Of a DNA stretch of 58,450 bases, positions 13,851 through 27,057 are shown one piece after another. Each line of letters starts with the position of its first letter. The stretch's first letter is position 1. The stretch spans positions 7,504,213 through 7,562,662 of the forward strand of contig BFEA01000006.1 of the NCBI GenBank assembly GCA_003427395.1, written 5' to 3'. Under the pieces are notes generated by a model that was given only the letters and a program-made list of their open reading frames with translations, was not told where the DNA came from and ran no database searches. The DNA comes from Chara braunii. Lineage: Eukaryota > Plantae > Charophyceae. The translations under genes and the position numbers were made by a program.

Positions 13851-14460
13851 GGGCATTGTTTCTAAGTTGAATGACCCAGGGCTATGTTTATTTGGTTGTT
13901 TTCTGAAGGGTTAGGCATTGTTTCTAAGCTGAATGGCCTGGTTGCCATGTTTATTTTTTGAGGGTTTGCCTGATGTGAAGGGTTTTCTTGTTTTGTTCTG
14001 AGGAAGGATTTTGGTCTAAGGTTGTGCATTATTTCTAAGCTAAATGGTTTAGCCTGAAAACCACGCACAGAAGTATAAACTGAGTATAAAAGAAAGTATT
14101 CTACTTATATTTGCATGTGAACTAACAGTTGGACATTGTTTCCAAGTCGAACGGTCCATCACTAAGCCATATCACTAAGAAGAGAAAGAAAATTACAGAG
14201 TATAATTGAAAATAGTCTGGGTAAGCTGAACATTATTTCCAAGCCGAATGGTTCAGTCCCCCGCCCATATTTGCACTTTCTTTTGAGAACAAAGTCAGAA
14301 ATTTATTAAATTTTGGATGTTAAACAGTTCAGGGCGACTAAGCATTGTTTTCAAGCTGAATGGTCTTGCCATATGCCCAAAGAAGAGAGAAGTAGTAGTG
14401 CAACCTGTTCGTGTGTATCTTAAGGCACGCTGGACGTTGTTTCCAAGCCGAATGGTATAG
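13851..14460 (+). other. Short-hairpin array in LTR A (7 units, core CATTGTTTCYAAGCYGAATGG)
   Basis: Units at ~13851, 13913, 14026, 14131, 14226, 14341 and 14431, most flanked by unit-specific inverted repeats, e.g. ctgaacatt...aatggttcag. Confidence 0.85.
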
Positions 14461-14744
14461 CATTGTGCCATATGTAAGTTGGGTATAAGGGCTAAATCAT
14501 CTGAAGATTCATGAACTATCTTATGTGAAATAACTTGGGGTTTGTGAGAGTACTTACCTTTGTGGGTTGGTTTGCATGTAGCTGAGTGAGATTATTGTTT
14601 AGTCTGAGTTTCAGGTTGATAGGTAGTTGCTTTAGTTGTTCGCCACGTGCTTGAGTCATAGGAGTTAGTTTCAATTCCTGCTTTTGCTGAGCTCTAAGGT
14701 TTTTTACTTAGATCAATTTCTGCATTTTCTAAGGATTTTTATTA

Positions 14745-15310
14745 TACTTGGTCTTGTATAAATCTTGGTAAGCCACTTTCTCTACGGGAAGCGCTGCCGA
14801 AATTTCTACAAAACCAGGGAGTTAGTAAGATTTTGTCCTTTAAAGGGTTCAATTTTTCTATCGTTTGGTTTGGTAAAAATATGAGAAGTCTACCTTTCTA
14901 AAGGAAGTGCTGCCTAAATTTTTACTAATTCAGGGAGTTAGATAAAATTGAACCTTGAGAAGTCAAAGTCATTTTTAGATGTTGAATTTGGTTTTGTATA
15001 AATTTTGGTAAGCTACTTTCCGTACGGGAAGCGCTGCCGAAATTTCTGCAAATCCAAGGAGTTAGTCAAAATTTGACTTTTCAAAAATTCAACTTGTCTG
15101 ATTTTTATATATGGCTTATAAAAAATATGGGAAGTCTCCTTTTCTAAAGGGAGTGCTACCCAAATTTTTGTTAATTCAGGGAGTTAGACAAATATTAGCT
15201 TTGGAAGGTGGAATATTATTTCTGTTTTCATATTTAGGCTGATATAAATCCTGGAAAGGTACTTTTCGTACGGGAAGCGCTGCCAAAATTTTCTTAGTTT
15301 AGAGGAGATA
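14745..15310 (+). repeat. ~120-bp-period long-hairpin array in LTR A (5 units, alternating types)
   Basis: Repeats of aaatYttggtaagc.actttc..tacgggaagcgctgccgaaattt...ggagttag alternating with a ...tttctaaaggRagtgct.cc.aaattttt... variant. Confidence 0.9.
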
Positions 15311-17248
15311 GATTATATTTTGATAGGTGGCGACTCTGGCGATCAACTCTGTATGGGGGAAATTCTGCCATAGGTCTACCTTTCTTTGGGCACTGGCTTA
15401 GGGGTACCCCTAGGCTTGACTATCAGGAGAATCTTGAGTGAGAACGTGTCATGGGGATTTGATTGTCATACATTGACGATTTAACTTTGACATTGACCTA
15501 TCGTATGATACAGGTTTTCTTTGTACATTCGATCCACAATTTGAACTAGCTTCAACTTGATCCTACGAGGATCAATTTCTGTTATCAATGATAACAAGTC
15601 GGTTGGTTGATCGCTGACTTGTCAGCTCACGACACAACTTTGCTTACACCTGTACCTCAAATCGATTGCCTTAACCCTGAGATTTGATATGATTCTTTGA
15701 AGGTTTTAACCGAGCTTCTTGTAAATGACCATTATAAAGAACTTATGAGATTTATGGAAAGTTGAACTATGACTGGGGCTTGAGTGTGTGAGGCGTGGTG
15801 TGAGTTACAGGGAACTGTAAAGTTAACCACATTGGTGTATGGCAATGTGACTATCGTGTGTGCCTGTGTTTTATGCAGGTTAGTATTTGGGAGTTTGGTA
15901 TATGGGTCATACGTTGGAGGCAGTGAAAATGACAACCATGTGCCGCACGATCTGCATACCTGATGGATTTATGTTTCCTCCTTATTTTGTTGTTATCTCA
16001 AGTCCTCATTTGATGTGTGAGTGTTAGGATATTTATTTATTTATTGGGTGATTTTGCTTGTTAATTTTTATAGTTGGACGTTGTAGTCCGTGACAGCCGT
16101 CAAAATCAAACCCCTTGACTTTTTTCCAGACCCTGGATGATGGAGCTGGTCTCCAGGGCAATAAGAGACTATTGCCACCACAGGTAGTGACTGTGACATT
16201 GAGGGTTATAGTGGGAAAATATTAAGTGGCATCGGGAAAGAGGCCCGCGTCACTTAAAAAAAGCGGAAAACACTTCAAGTATCAAGTAGGTAGGTACCAT
16301 ATAGAGATACATGTGCCCGACACTTGAGGTCGCGTAGTGGAAGACAATTGGTAGGGACACTTTTCTATCGGCCCCCCCGGCCGCATGGTCGGGGCTTAGT
16401 CTGCTTTCGAGGTGGAGGCGTCAAGACCTGTTGGTTCTCCCATACCGGTCGGTCCGACGCCACTGGAATCGATCTAATTCGTTTTTACCTTACCGTCTGA
16501 AATTTTGATTGTTTTAGATCATGGTCGCCGCATACCGTGCGACCTCTTTCTTGTTTCGTTCCAGTCCTCTGGCCCTTGCGGCCGAAAACTTTTACTTTTA
16601 CTAACTTGTATCTGTTGTCGTACGTGTCGTATTATTGCGCATGGTTACCTAGCGACCTCGGCCTCAATGGTCGAGAAGTTTGCTTCACGTCGCCATGCCA
16701 TAAAAATTCTGACTTTTTAATCCAGACTGTCCCCCGTACGACAACTGGCGTCAGTATTGTATTGAATGGAAAATGGTGAGCAAATACCTTTGTAAGCGTG
16801 TTTGCTCCGACAGCGGCTCCACCATACTGCCTGACCATTGCCTATTAGGGCAGGGGGGCGACATGCATCGCCGTAATTGTGAGAAGGAGCTATGCTTGCA
16901 GGCGTGCTGTAGGCTTGATAGGGCCAGAAAAAGAGCCTTTATGTTCATAGGCACAAGCCTCAAACTCGAAAACAACCAAGAAAAAAAAAGTCATATTTAC
17001 AGGGCCCCAAAAAGATCATTTCTGTGCATAGGCAAAACAAGCCAGGAAAAATTCATATTTGCAGGGGCCCAGAAAGAGTCATTATGTGTACAGGCACAAG
17101 CCTCAAACCCGAAAACAACCAAGGAAAGTCTCAAGAGCCTCCCTCGTCCCAACAAGTGTTCTACAGACTCAAAAACAATTTGCGATATATCATTTGTTTG
17201 GATTGGAAGAAAACGTTTGGCAAGTCACGAAATCTACGAGCTGGAGTC

Positions 17249-17943
17249 CACTAGTTCAAAAAACATTGGGCATCTTGCCCCTTTTTGTTGTGTGTCTATT
17301 CAGCGGAAAACGAAAAAGTTTCAACGTCGTTGTACCCGTTGAATAGCCCCCAGGGCCCCATTGAATCCTCGTTGAATAGTACAACAGACCCTCCCCGTTG
17401 AATACTGTTCAACGGGGAGGGCGTATTGGGCCTCCGACACATCGCTGGACGCGCCTGGAGCAAAAAACAATTGTCATCCTGTTAAATCCCGTTGAGTCTC
17501 GTTAAATCCCCGTTGAATCCCATTGAATCCCCATTGAATTCCCGTTGAATTCCCGTTGAATCCCGTTCAATCTCGTTGAATTCCATTGGAAAAAAAAAAT
17601 GGGCGTCAGTGTTGGTTTTTTTTTTTTTTCTTTTTTTTTTTAGTGGATGGAAAAAAAAAATGGTCGTGTGGTGTTTGAAAAACCCTACATGCCCATATTT
17701 TTTTTCTAATTTTGACAATTTTTTTTAATAAAAAACTATATAAAAAAAAAGAACATTTTATTATACAACCCTGTGTGTGTGTGTGTGTGTGTGTGATTGG
17801 GTGGGGTGGGGGGGGAGGCGGGGGGGGCGACCTCTCCCCCACCAATCAATCAATCAATCAATCAATTAACCAATCAAAAAAAAAAAAAAGTAAAACAAAA
17901 AAACGAAAAAGCAGTTTTCAAACCCCACGCAAGTAAGCGAGAG

Positions 17944-17983
<40 letters not shown>

Positions 17984-18372
17984 TGTGTGTGTGTGTGTNN
18001 NNNNNNNNNNNNNNNNNNNNNNNNNNNNNNNNNNNNNNNNNNNNNNNNNNNNNNNNNNNNNNNNNNNNNNNNNNNNNNNNNNNNNNNNNNNNNNNNNNNN
18101 NNNNNNNNNNNNNNNNNNNNNNNNNNNNNNNNNNNNNNNNNNNNNNNNNNNNNNNNNNNNNNNNNNNNNNNNNNNNNNNNNNNNNNNNNNNNNNNNNNNN
18201 NNNNNNNNNNNNNNNNNNNNNNNNNNNNNNNNNNNNNNNNNNNNNNNNNNNNNNNNNNNNNNNNNNNNNNNNNNNNNNNNNNNNNNNNNNNNNNNNNNNN
18301 NNNNNNNNNNNNNNNNNNNNNNNNNNNNNNNNNNNNNNNNNNNNNNNNNNNNNTTTCAAACCCGGCACAAGT

Positions 18373-18421
<49 letters not shown>

Positions 18422-18474
18422 TGTGTGTGTGCGTGTTGTGTGTAATTGGGTGGGGGGGGGGAGGGCGACTCATC

Positions 18475-18511
<37 letters not shown>

Positions 18512-18825
18512 TAGAAGAAAAAAAAAAACAATCGATGTGTTTTGAGTCTAGTTAGGTTTTTGATTTTTTAAACATAATTTAAATGCTTAAAAAAAAAAAA
18601 GGGGGATGTAGAGCGCAAAAAAATCTACACCCCCATTTATTTTTATTTTATATTTTTTGCTGCCGAAATTTTTTTGGCGGGCTGCGTTGTACCACGTTCT
18701 AACGCGGTATAACTCGGCGTTGTAACGGGGGCTCAACGGTCGTTGAACCTTTCAATGGGAAACCCCCGTTAAACCAAAAATCAGACACACAACTTTTTTC
18801 GTCTCTATAAATGCATGTACTAGTG
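17249..18825. mobile_element. Non-autonomous CACTA (EnSpm) element
   Basis: Ends CACTAGTTCA...TGTACTAGTG; flanks GTC/GTT (3-bp TSD, one C>T); subterminal ccgttgaat/ttcaacgg repeats; internal (GT)n and (ATCA)n; N-gap 17999-18353. Confidence 0.75.
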
Positions 18826-18871
18826 GTTTTCGTTTTGGTACTTTCCTGCAGTTACTTTAGTCTCTAAGTCT

Positions 18872-19043
18872 CTGGTTTCGGTAACGAAACCCCGAATGCA
18901 CCTCGAGATATAAATCTAGAAGTTTTTTTTTTTTTTTATAATAAATCTAGAAGTGACTATGTAGAATCACAAAATCTGAGAGTCTATTTTCGATAACGAA
19001 ACCCCGAATGCACCCCGGGATATAAATCTAGAAGTGACTATGT
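18872..19043. repeat. 81-bp satellite, left part (interrupted by LTR B)
   Basis: About 2 units of the repeat that resumes at 27478. Confidence 0.9.
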
Positions 19044-22000
19044 TGTCGTACCAAATACCCTTACAAGGGTATTTGGTGTGTTTTCTGCAAGTCGCAGAAA
19101 TGCAACCTCGTCTGCTCGACGGCACGCGTACGGGAGGAAGTTAAGGCCCTCGTTGGGGAGAGCGGCAGGTGCGGGGTATCGGCGGCGAGGCGCAACCAGG
19201 CGTGGCCCCGGTCCCCTTACCTTTTTGTGTTCACTCGTGTCCGACTTTATTTTTATTATTGTTTTTTCTACGTTTATTTTATTGATGCCTTTGAATCGAT
19301 GACCGATTGCGAGGCCAATGTTGGGACCAACGGGCCTGGCTCAGTTGCTGCATCACCGGACAAAGGGGCGTCGACGAAAATCCTCCATCCTATGCGCGTC
19401 GAAACATGGACTAGAGGGGTCAACGGGCGTGAGAGTCGAAGGGTCTGTGGTCGTGACTTCCCTCGCTTCCCATTTGCAGAGCGTCGATAGTATAGAGTGG
19501 AAGAGGATTGGAGAACATTCTAAGCGAGTCGGTGGGGCTGCAGCCAGGGAATGGCTGGGGTTGTCGCGGGTGCAGTGTCGGCCAACCACGATCTGCTGTA
19601 AGAGCTTTGAGTGTGAGCATGCCCGGTCCCGCTGGCTGTTGAGGGGAAGCTGGGAGAGAGCAAGCCGTTGGGACCTGAACAGTGGGAAAAAGCGTTGGTT
19701 ACAGTGGGCCAAGGGACAACTACATTATGGTCCTGTTCATATGTGGGAGTATTCGCTACCACCACCAAGATCTGTACCAGGACCCGTCTCACCGCCCATG
19801 CTGCAGGCCCCGCTGCATTTGGCCTGCGCCCTCTTGCTTGCTGCGACGGAGTTGTCTCAACGGCGGAGCAAAGCTCCTGTGCCTTAGCGTCACCTGAAGT
19901 TCGGGGCTAAATGATCCGGCACGGAGGCTGCTGTACCCAACAGATCTCGACTTCTATGAGCACCGTCCTGCTGCCGGTATAGGCCGACACTCCTATGCGT
20001 TGCCTCGATTAGTGCACAGGTTGGCATCGGCAGGGAGGCGAACGAGAAAGCATAGCGATAGGCATGAGAGCACGGAGACAACAAAAAAGGGGAGGATGAA
20101 TCAGGACGTGATTCCGCTCCAGGGTGCATGCAGAGAGGGAGGAAAGCAGCGACGGGAGAAGAAGCTATGGCGGAGGGATGGGCTTGTAACTCATCCGTTC
20201 CTCATTGGTTTTAGGCAGGGGAAGATGGTAGATAGGGGTTTTTGGACCAGGCGAGTTCAATAGTTATGTTAGTTTTGGGAGTAAATTAGTAGAAGGGGAA
20301 CTAAAAAGAAAACGAGGTGCGCGAAAAAAAATGACGAAAACAGATATAACAAGAATTGAAAATTGGTATATCTCGGTCATTTCTTGGTCAATTTTGTTGA
20401 AGTAAAACTCAGAACTGGGGTTTTGGGGCGTCGTGAGTTGAATGACGGCATCGGATTCGGCGATGGAGTAATAGCTTTGGCACGAGAAGGGAAGTGAGTT
20501 GTGCGAAGGTATCGGGGAGGAGCGGTGGAGGGAGTAAAGACGAGCTATCTTGGTCCTACCTTAGATGTTTTGGGCAAACCAAGATGCGAAACGGGGGGTT
20601 AGAGGTGAAGCGAACGCAGTAGCAACACTAATTTTTGTACTGGGACATTAGTTTGGCCGGGACTAGTACTAGCAGTTGCGCCCAGGAAGAGAGGCAAAAA
20701 CGATGATGTACACTTCCGTGTTTTAGTGAAAGATTCATCCGAATCTTTGCTCGTTGTAGTGAAGGATGTACCGACTGAAGAAAAGGGAGGATAAAGGTGA
20801 AGAAAGACAAGGGAAGGACTTACTTGGAAGCGGGCAGTAGGGGAACGGGGCAGGAGTGTGTGCGCATCGTTGAGCTGGCCACGATGATACTGTTGCAGGT
20901 CGAGGTTCTCCTTCTCGCCACTGTGGTACCCCTTCTCACGCGGTGGCTTCCTCTCCATAGTAATACTCCTCTTCATCGTGGGGTTGCACCAATCTGGGCG
21001 AACGAGACAGAGAAGACAGGGGAGGGATTGAGGAGATCAGCTACGATGATACCAAGTTTCGAAGGCAGGCTCGGTGTCGAATTTCGGCAATGAACCTAAC
21101 CGGATTTTAGTAGGAGGCTCATTTTGACTTTGCTCGTCGGAGAGAGAGTTAGAGAGCGGAAGAGGGGATTAGCAGAGCTGAGAAGTAGGAAGGGAGAAGG
21201 AACATATGGGAAAGAAGGCATACCTGATCAAGGCAGAGCGGAAAAACAGCAGCTAACGGGCATTGCATCTTCCCGTACTGTAGTAGAAGCTTCGTTCTCA
21301 TTGGTGCACAAAATATGAGGCGATCCCAGTCCTGCTCCGCCTGCCATGCCCTAAGCTCTCTCAATATCCTTTGTGACCACCCATTATGTTCGCTACCAGG
21401 TTGATCCCACCAGTAGTCATATGCCTGTCTCAAGAGACTGAGTCATACATGACTAAATGCGAGCACTTTGCACTGTCGGGCTGCGAGTGGCTTACTGAAT
21501 CAGCTACCTTTTTTATTTTATTATTTTTTTTATTTTGTAATCTCCCTACCACTCGAATAACCACGATAATTCTAAAAATTGATACGTGCAGCCTATCTTA
21601 ACTTCTGAAAGAAGTAAAAAAGATCAGTCCTGATTTACTGTTGCGCGGCCAAGCGGGTTTAAAGTGCGGTCAGACCTGGTTGAATCTACAGTTGAAGGCA
21701 GCGGTTGTCTCTAACGGGTCGAGTTAGTTTGTTGTCTAAACAGCAGGGTAGCAGTTGTCGTTGGGTAGCTATTGTAGTCGGTCGAAGAAACAGCCGTTGT
21801 TGCCCCATTTGTACTACCACAGTGCTTTGCAGTTGTGCATGGCTTGCAGTGCACATTGCTTACTTTGGGTTTCGACTACGCTTGGCCCACAGTCGAACAG
21901 GGCACAACAGAGTGTTCTATTTTAACGCATTCCTACTGGCTATGTAATGGCGGATTGGCAGGAGAGGATCTCGTAGTAGCAAGAGGAAGTGATCAAACTC

Positions 22001-22659
22001 GGCAAAGAGGAACGACGTTACCTTTTGACGGATTGGTCATGTCACGCTTGGGGTCTTGAGTTCTACGGAATGGTTCAGTCCTTGATAAGGGTCCTTGCTG
22101 CAAGATGGGAGAGCCGCTGGCGAGTCAGCAACAGACTTTGACTGCGGTTCGGTTGTTTTTGCTGTGCATTTTGGCTACCATTGCTGGACCCTCAGGCGCA
22201 TCAAGGCAACAAGGCCCTCTCCTGGGAGTTGAGTCAGTCCCTCTCCTGTATCTCGAGAGTATAAGACCCCTATCTCATGTCCTTCTTCTGAGAGGACGAC
22301 CGCAGCAAGGCTTTGTGGGGAGTCTGCCCACTGATTGTGGGAGCTCTGTCCGAACTCAAGAGGAGTTCTGGAGCCAGAGAATTAGAAGGTAAAAGCTTCG
22401 TTTCCCTTCTATAAACCAAGGTATAAACCATATTTGTATTTTTTGCTATGGTTGACTGAGTATATTGTCTGCATCCCTATTTTGACTTTTAGTTTGACTT
22501 TCAGGATAAACCGGACTTAATAAGGGAATGATTGTGCAAAATCCAGTTTCACTTTTTGTTGTATTGACTGAAAGCAGTTTGTGAACAGGGGTTGCATCTG
22601 GGGGGAAATGGTGGGAAGAAAGGTTGTATTGCTTGTGCCTGACTGGGTCAACCAAAGGC

Positions 22660-23330
22660 CGGGAGAGTTTTCACAAGATTGGAGGGCCCCGTGCTATGTT
22701 TATTTTCGATTGCATGAAGGATCAGACAGATTCCCATAAGTTTGGGTGGTCTGGTTGCTTTGACTTGCGAGGCCTACCTGTGTTTGACTCTTGGAACCAA
22801 TCATTTTTTCATAAGATTGGATGGCTTGGTTGCCTTGTTTTATTTGGGTTTCCTGATGTTTATTAGTTTCTTCGTGTTTATTATGAGGGGAATTCAGGCA
22901 AAGGACCGAACAGGTTCCCATAAGATTGGGTGGTCTAGTCTGAAGCCACACACATGCTGAAACCAAAAAGTTAAATTTGTTTATATTTTATACTACTTTA
23001 TTTATGAACAGGCTAGTCAGACATTTTTCCATAAGATTGGATGATCTGACTATAGTTTATCAACAATTGAAGAGAGTATGAATTGAGAATAAACTTGTGG
23101 TAAGAAAGGACAGACTGAATCTTGATCTAAAATGACCAGTTCAGTCGTATGTTACCTTAAAAGACAAAGTGCAGTCAGTTATATATAACTTGAATACTTA
23201 AATGGTTCAGGGCTACTAGGTTGGCTAACCTAGTCATGTGCCCAAGGAAGAGAAAAGTTGTAGTACCCTATGTTTGTGTATATTTTATGGTTGAGCTAGA
23301 CAAGTTCCCATAAGATTGGGTGGCGAGAGT
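22660..23330 (+). other. Short-hairpin array in LTR B (core CCATAAGATTGGRTGG, ~6 units)
   Basis: Examples: agtcaga-catttttccataagattggatga-tctgact; accaa...ttggt; cagac...gtctg. Confidence 0.8.
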
Positions 23331-23506
23331 GACCTGTATGTAGCTGAGTGAGATTACTGCTTAGTTTGAGTTTTAGTTTGATAGGTAGTTGCTTTAGCTG
23401 CTCGCCACGTGCTAGAGTGATAGGAGTTAGTTTCAATTCCTGCATTTTCTGAGCTAAGTTTTTTTTACTTAGGTCGATTTCTGCATTTTCTGGGATCATT
23501 TGTTAT

Positions 23507-24075
23507 ACTTGGCTTCGTATAAATTTTGGTAAGCTACTTTCTCTACGGGAAGCGCTGTCGAAATTTATGCAAATCCAAGGAGTTGGTCAAAATTTGGCTT
23601 TCCAAAGTCCAAATTGTCTAAATTTTATATATGACTCAGTAAAAATATAGGACGTATCATTTTCTAAAAGGAGTGCTACCCAAATTTTTATTAATTCAGG
23701 GAGTTAGACAAAATTGGACCTTGAGAAGTCAAAGTTACTTAAGATTCTGAACTTAGCTTTGTATAAATCTTGGATTAACACTTTTTTAAAAGGAGTGTTG
23801 CCAAATTTTTTACAAATCTAAGGAGTTAGTTAAATTATGTTTTAGTTGAACTCAGGTTTTGTTTTGGGTTCATCTTTGACTTAGTAAAAATTTGAAAAAC
23901 CTTCTTTTATAAAGGGAGTGCTACCCAAATTTTTACTAATTCAGAAAGTTAGACAAAATTTGATTTTCCAGAATTAGAGATTGTTATATTTTCATATTTA
24001 AATTAATATAAATTCGGAGAAGGCACTTTTCCTAGGAGAAGCGCTGCCGAAATTTTTCTAGTTTAAAAGAGGTTA
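23507..24075 (+). repeat. ~120-bp long-hairpin array in LTR B (5 units)
   Basis: Same units as 14745-15310. Confidence 0.9.
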
Positions 24076-24351
24076 AATTATATTTCGACCGGTGACGATT
24101 CTGGTGCTTCACTCTGTATAGGGGAGATACTGTCAAAAGGTCTACCTTTCTTTGGACACTGTTTAGAGGTAAACTTAAATTTTGTCGTGGGAAGATTTTG
24201 AAAGAGGGTGTGATATGATAATTTATTCTCCATACACTCATAAGCATAGTTTGATAATCAGTTTGTCTTGTGGTATAGGTCCTTTTGATCGTTTCGATTC
24301 GGGACTGAGATTAGATTCACTTTTATCTTACGAGGATCATCTTCTATTATC

Positions 24352-24864
24352 CTAAGTGGCAAATCCGGATATCCGGCATATCAATTTTATCCGGAATTTC
24401 CAATCCGGATAAAAATTCCGGATTATTTCCGGATATGGAAAATCCAGCCCTGCGCAAAATATTTTTTTTTTTACAAAAAAAAACAATTCAAAAAAATCTG
24501 GAAAACAATTATGTTGTTCATATCAATGATATGAATAACTTTTGGCTTGATGCCATCTTTGATTACTCAACAAATATGAAGATAAAAAAAGAACAAGAAA
24601 ATAATATTTAGATAAAAAATCATAGAATGAATTAAGCATCCCCCCTTTAAACCCCTTTATTCCCTATCTTATCCCCTTTGAACCCTTACAGGCCCTATCA
24701 AGCTTTTCATGTAATAGAAACATAGTTCTATTGTATTTTGCCTGCGCAATATCATTTTTTTATATTTTTTTTTTTTTTTTTTTTAAGTTTTTTTTTTTAA
24801 ATCATTCGAATTTTCGGATGATCCTACCCCCCGATCATCCGGCCAGATAACCCATGCTACCTAG
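24352..24864. mobile_element. hAT-type MITE nested in LTR B
   Basis: Absent from A/C/D at this site; 8-bp TSD ctattatc/ttattatc (empty site in C is ctgttatc); TIRs CTAAGTGGCA and CTAGGTAGCA (8/10); subterminal atccgg repeats. Confidence 0.85.
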
Positions 24865-25909
24865 TTATTATCACTAATAAGACGTCGGTTGGTTGATCGC
24901 CGACATGTTGGCTCACGTCACAACTTTGCTTACACCTGTACCTCAACTTGATTGCCTTAGCCCTGCGATTTGATATGTTTCTTTGAGGGTTTTAACCGGA
25001 CTTGTTTTAATGGTCATTGTAAATAACTTATGAGATTTATGGAAAGTTGGGCTATGACTGCGGCTTGAGTGTGTGAGGCGTGGTGTGAGTTATAGGGAAC
25101 AACAAAGTATACCACATTGGTGTATGACAATGTGGCGTTCGTCTGTGTCTGTGTTTTATACAGGTTAGTGTCTTGGAGCCTATGTACAAGTCTTACTTTG
25201 GAGGCAGTGAGAATGACAACCATGTGTCGCACGATCTGCATACCTGATGGGTTTATGTTTCCCCCTTTGTTTTTTTTTATCCCGAGTTCTGATTTGATAT
25301 ATGAGTACTGGGATGTTTATTTATTTATTGAGTGATTTTGCTTATTAACTTTTATGGTTGGACGTTGTAGTCTGTGGCAACCGTCAAAGTCAAACCCTTT
25401 GACTTCTCTCCAGGCCCTGGATGATAGAGTTGGTATCCAAGACAATAAGATACGATTGCCACCAGAGGTATGAACCTGTGTACCACCCACTCTCTGCAGG
25501 GTGTAAAAGAGGGTGTGGCTCTCAACCTCACTTAGCGGTTGTCTAGCGTCATGAGATTAACCCCTCAAGGTGCATGTCAGTCGACACTTGAGTGTCGAAT
25601 GCAACCCTCGAGATTAGTGAGGATCGCATGAGTATGGGTACTACATAGTACGTCTTCATTACGACTGCTTGCGTGTACATGTATTGCGAGTCGATATAAG
25701 AAGACCCTGCGTCCGCGCGGTTTTATACTAAGTGTCGCACGCGACGCTTATCCGATTTCTGCATCGGAGAGTTATGAGATGGCTACCAGGGGACTAGGAG
25801 TGTTGTAGCGCTTGTTTGTTCTGTGTCGTTTTGTGTATGTGTATGTGTGCGTGCTTTTATTTTTAGGTTCCTTGGAGTGGTGTACGTGTGGTGTGTGGGA
25901 TACGTCCTG

Positions 25910-26169
25910 CCGTCTTAACCCGAAAACAAGGTACGTACCTTATATTCAAGTTACCTCCGAAAAACGGGTTCCGAGAAATCGGCGCTAAATTTTCGAATAT
26001 AAGGTATCCTCGAATACAAGGTACGTACCTTGTATTCGAATATAAGGTACGTACCTTGTATTCAAATAGAAGGTACGTACCTTGTATTCGAATATAAGGT
26101 ACGTACCTTGTATTCAAATACAAGGTACGTACCTTATATTCGAGGTATGCCTCTCTCTCTCTCACTCTC

Positions 26170-26202
<33 letters not shown>

Positions 26203-26343
26203 NNNNNNNNNNNNNNNNNNNNNNNNNNNNNNNNNNNNNNNNNNNNNNNNNNNNNNNNNNNNNNNNNNNNNNNNNNNNNNNNNNNNNNNNNNNNNNNNNN
26301 NNNNNNNNNNNNNNNNNNNNNNNNNNNNNNNNNNNNNNNNNNN

Positions 26344-26384
<41 letters not shown>

Positions 26385-26430
26385 CGTGCGCTGTTCACGC
26401 ATGCGACTGCTTCCACACGCGGGCGCTATG

Positions 26431-26464
<34 letters not shown>

Positions 26465-26490
26465 CATTGGTTGTTCACACGGTCGCTATG

Positions 26491-26548
<58 letters not shown>

Positions 26549-27057
26549 CGTGTTTGGAAAGAGAGGAATGCGTGCGGGATCGTTAGCGCCGAGGCAAGAT
26601 TTTCTTCTCCAAGCACTTTTCACGATCACGCGAAGTCCAAGAACAAGTACGCGACCATGAGAAGGCACCTGCAAGAAAAGGTACATATAATGTTTTTGAA
26701 AAAGTTCAAGAAGTTTTTGTATGACGTACGTACCTACTTCTTGGAGTTGTGTGTAGACGGTCCTGGTTCTGGACATATCTTCCGCAGAGATGCATAGCAG
26801 CAGATCAATNGAGATGCTTTGCACCTCTCCCCAAAGGCATTCGGATTCAGGCACCAAATTTGATGCTGAAACGACATATAGGGACCTTGCCCGACAATCC
26901 TACACAAAAGCAAAGAAAATGAGGAAGGGTTCCCTCTTATTTCTTTATTACTAATATTTACTTTATATTTTTTTATTTTTTTTCTCCCTCACTTTAGGAA
27001 AGTTGCACCCTAAAATTCGTTCTACAAGGTACGTACCTTGTTTTCGGGTTAGGACGG
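25910..27057. mobile_element. Tc1/mariner-type non-autonomous element nested in LTR B
   Basis: 32-bp TIR ccgtcYtaacccgaaaacaaggtacgtacctt; inserted at the TA of gtccTAgtcgac seen in C/D (flanks TG/TA); internal tandem 26-bp palindromes; N-gap 26203-26343. Confidence 0.88.

Larger units (their letters stand above)
9994..16186 (+). mobile_element. Giant LTR copy A (3' ~0.9 kb missing)
   Basis: Starts TGTCGTACCAAATACCCTT like B and D; colinear with B/C/D; homology stops at gccaccacaggta (16186). Confidence 0.88.
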
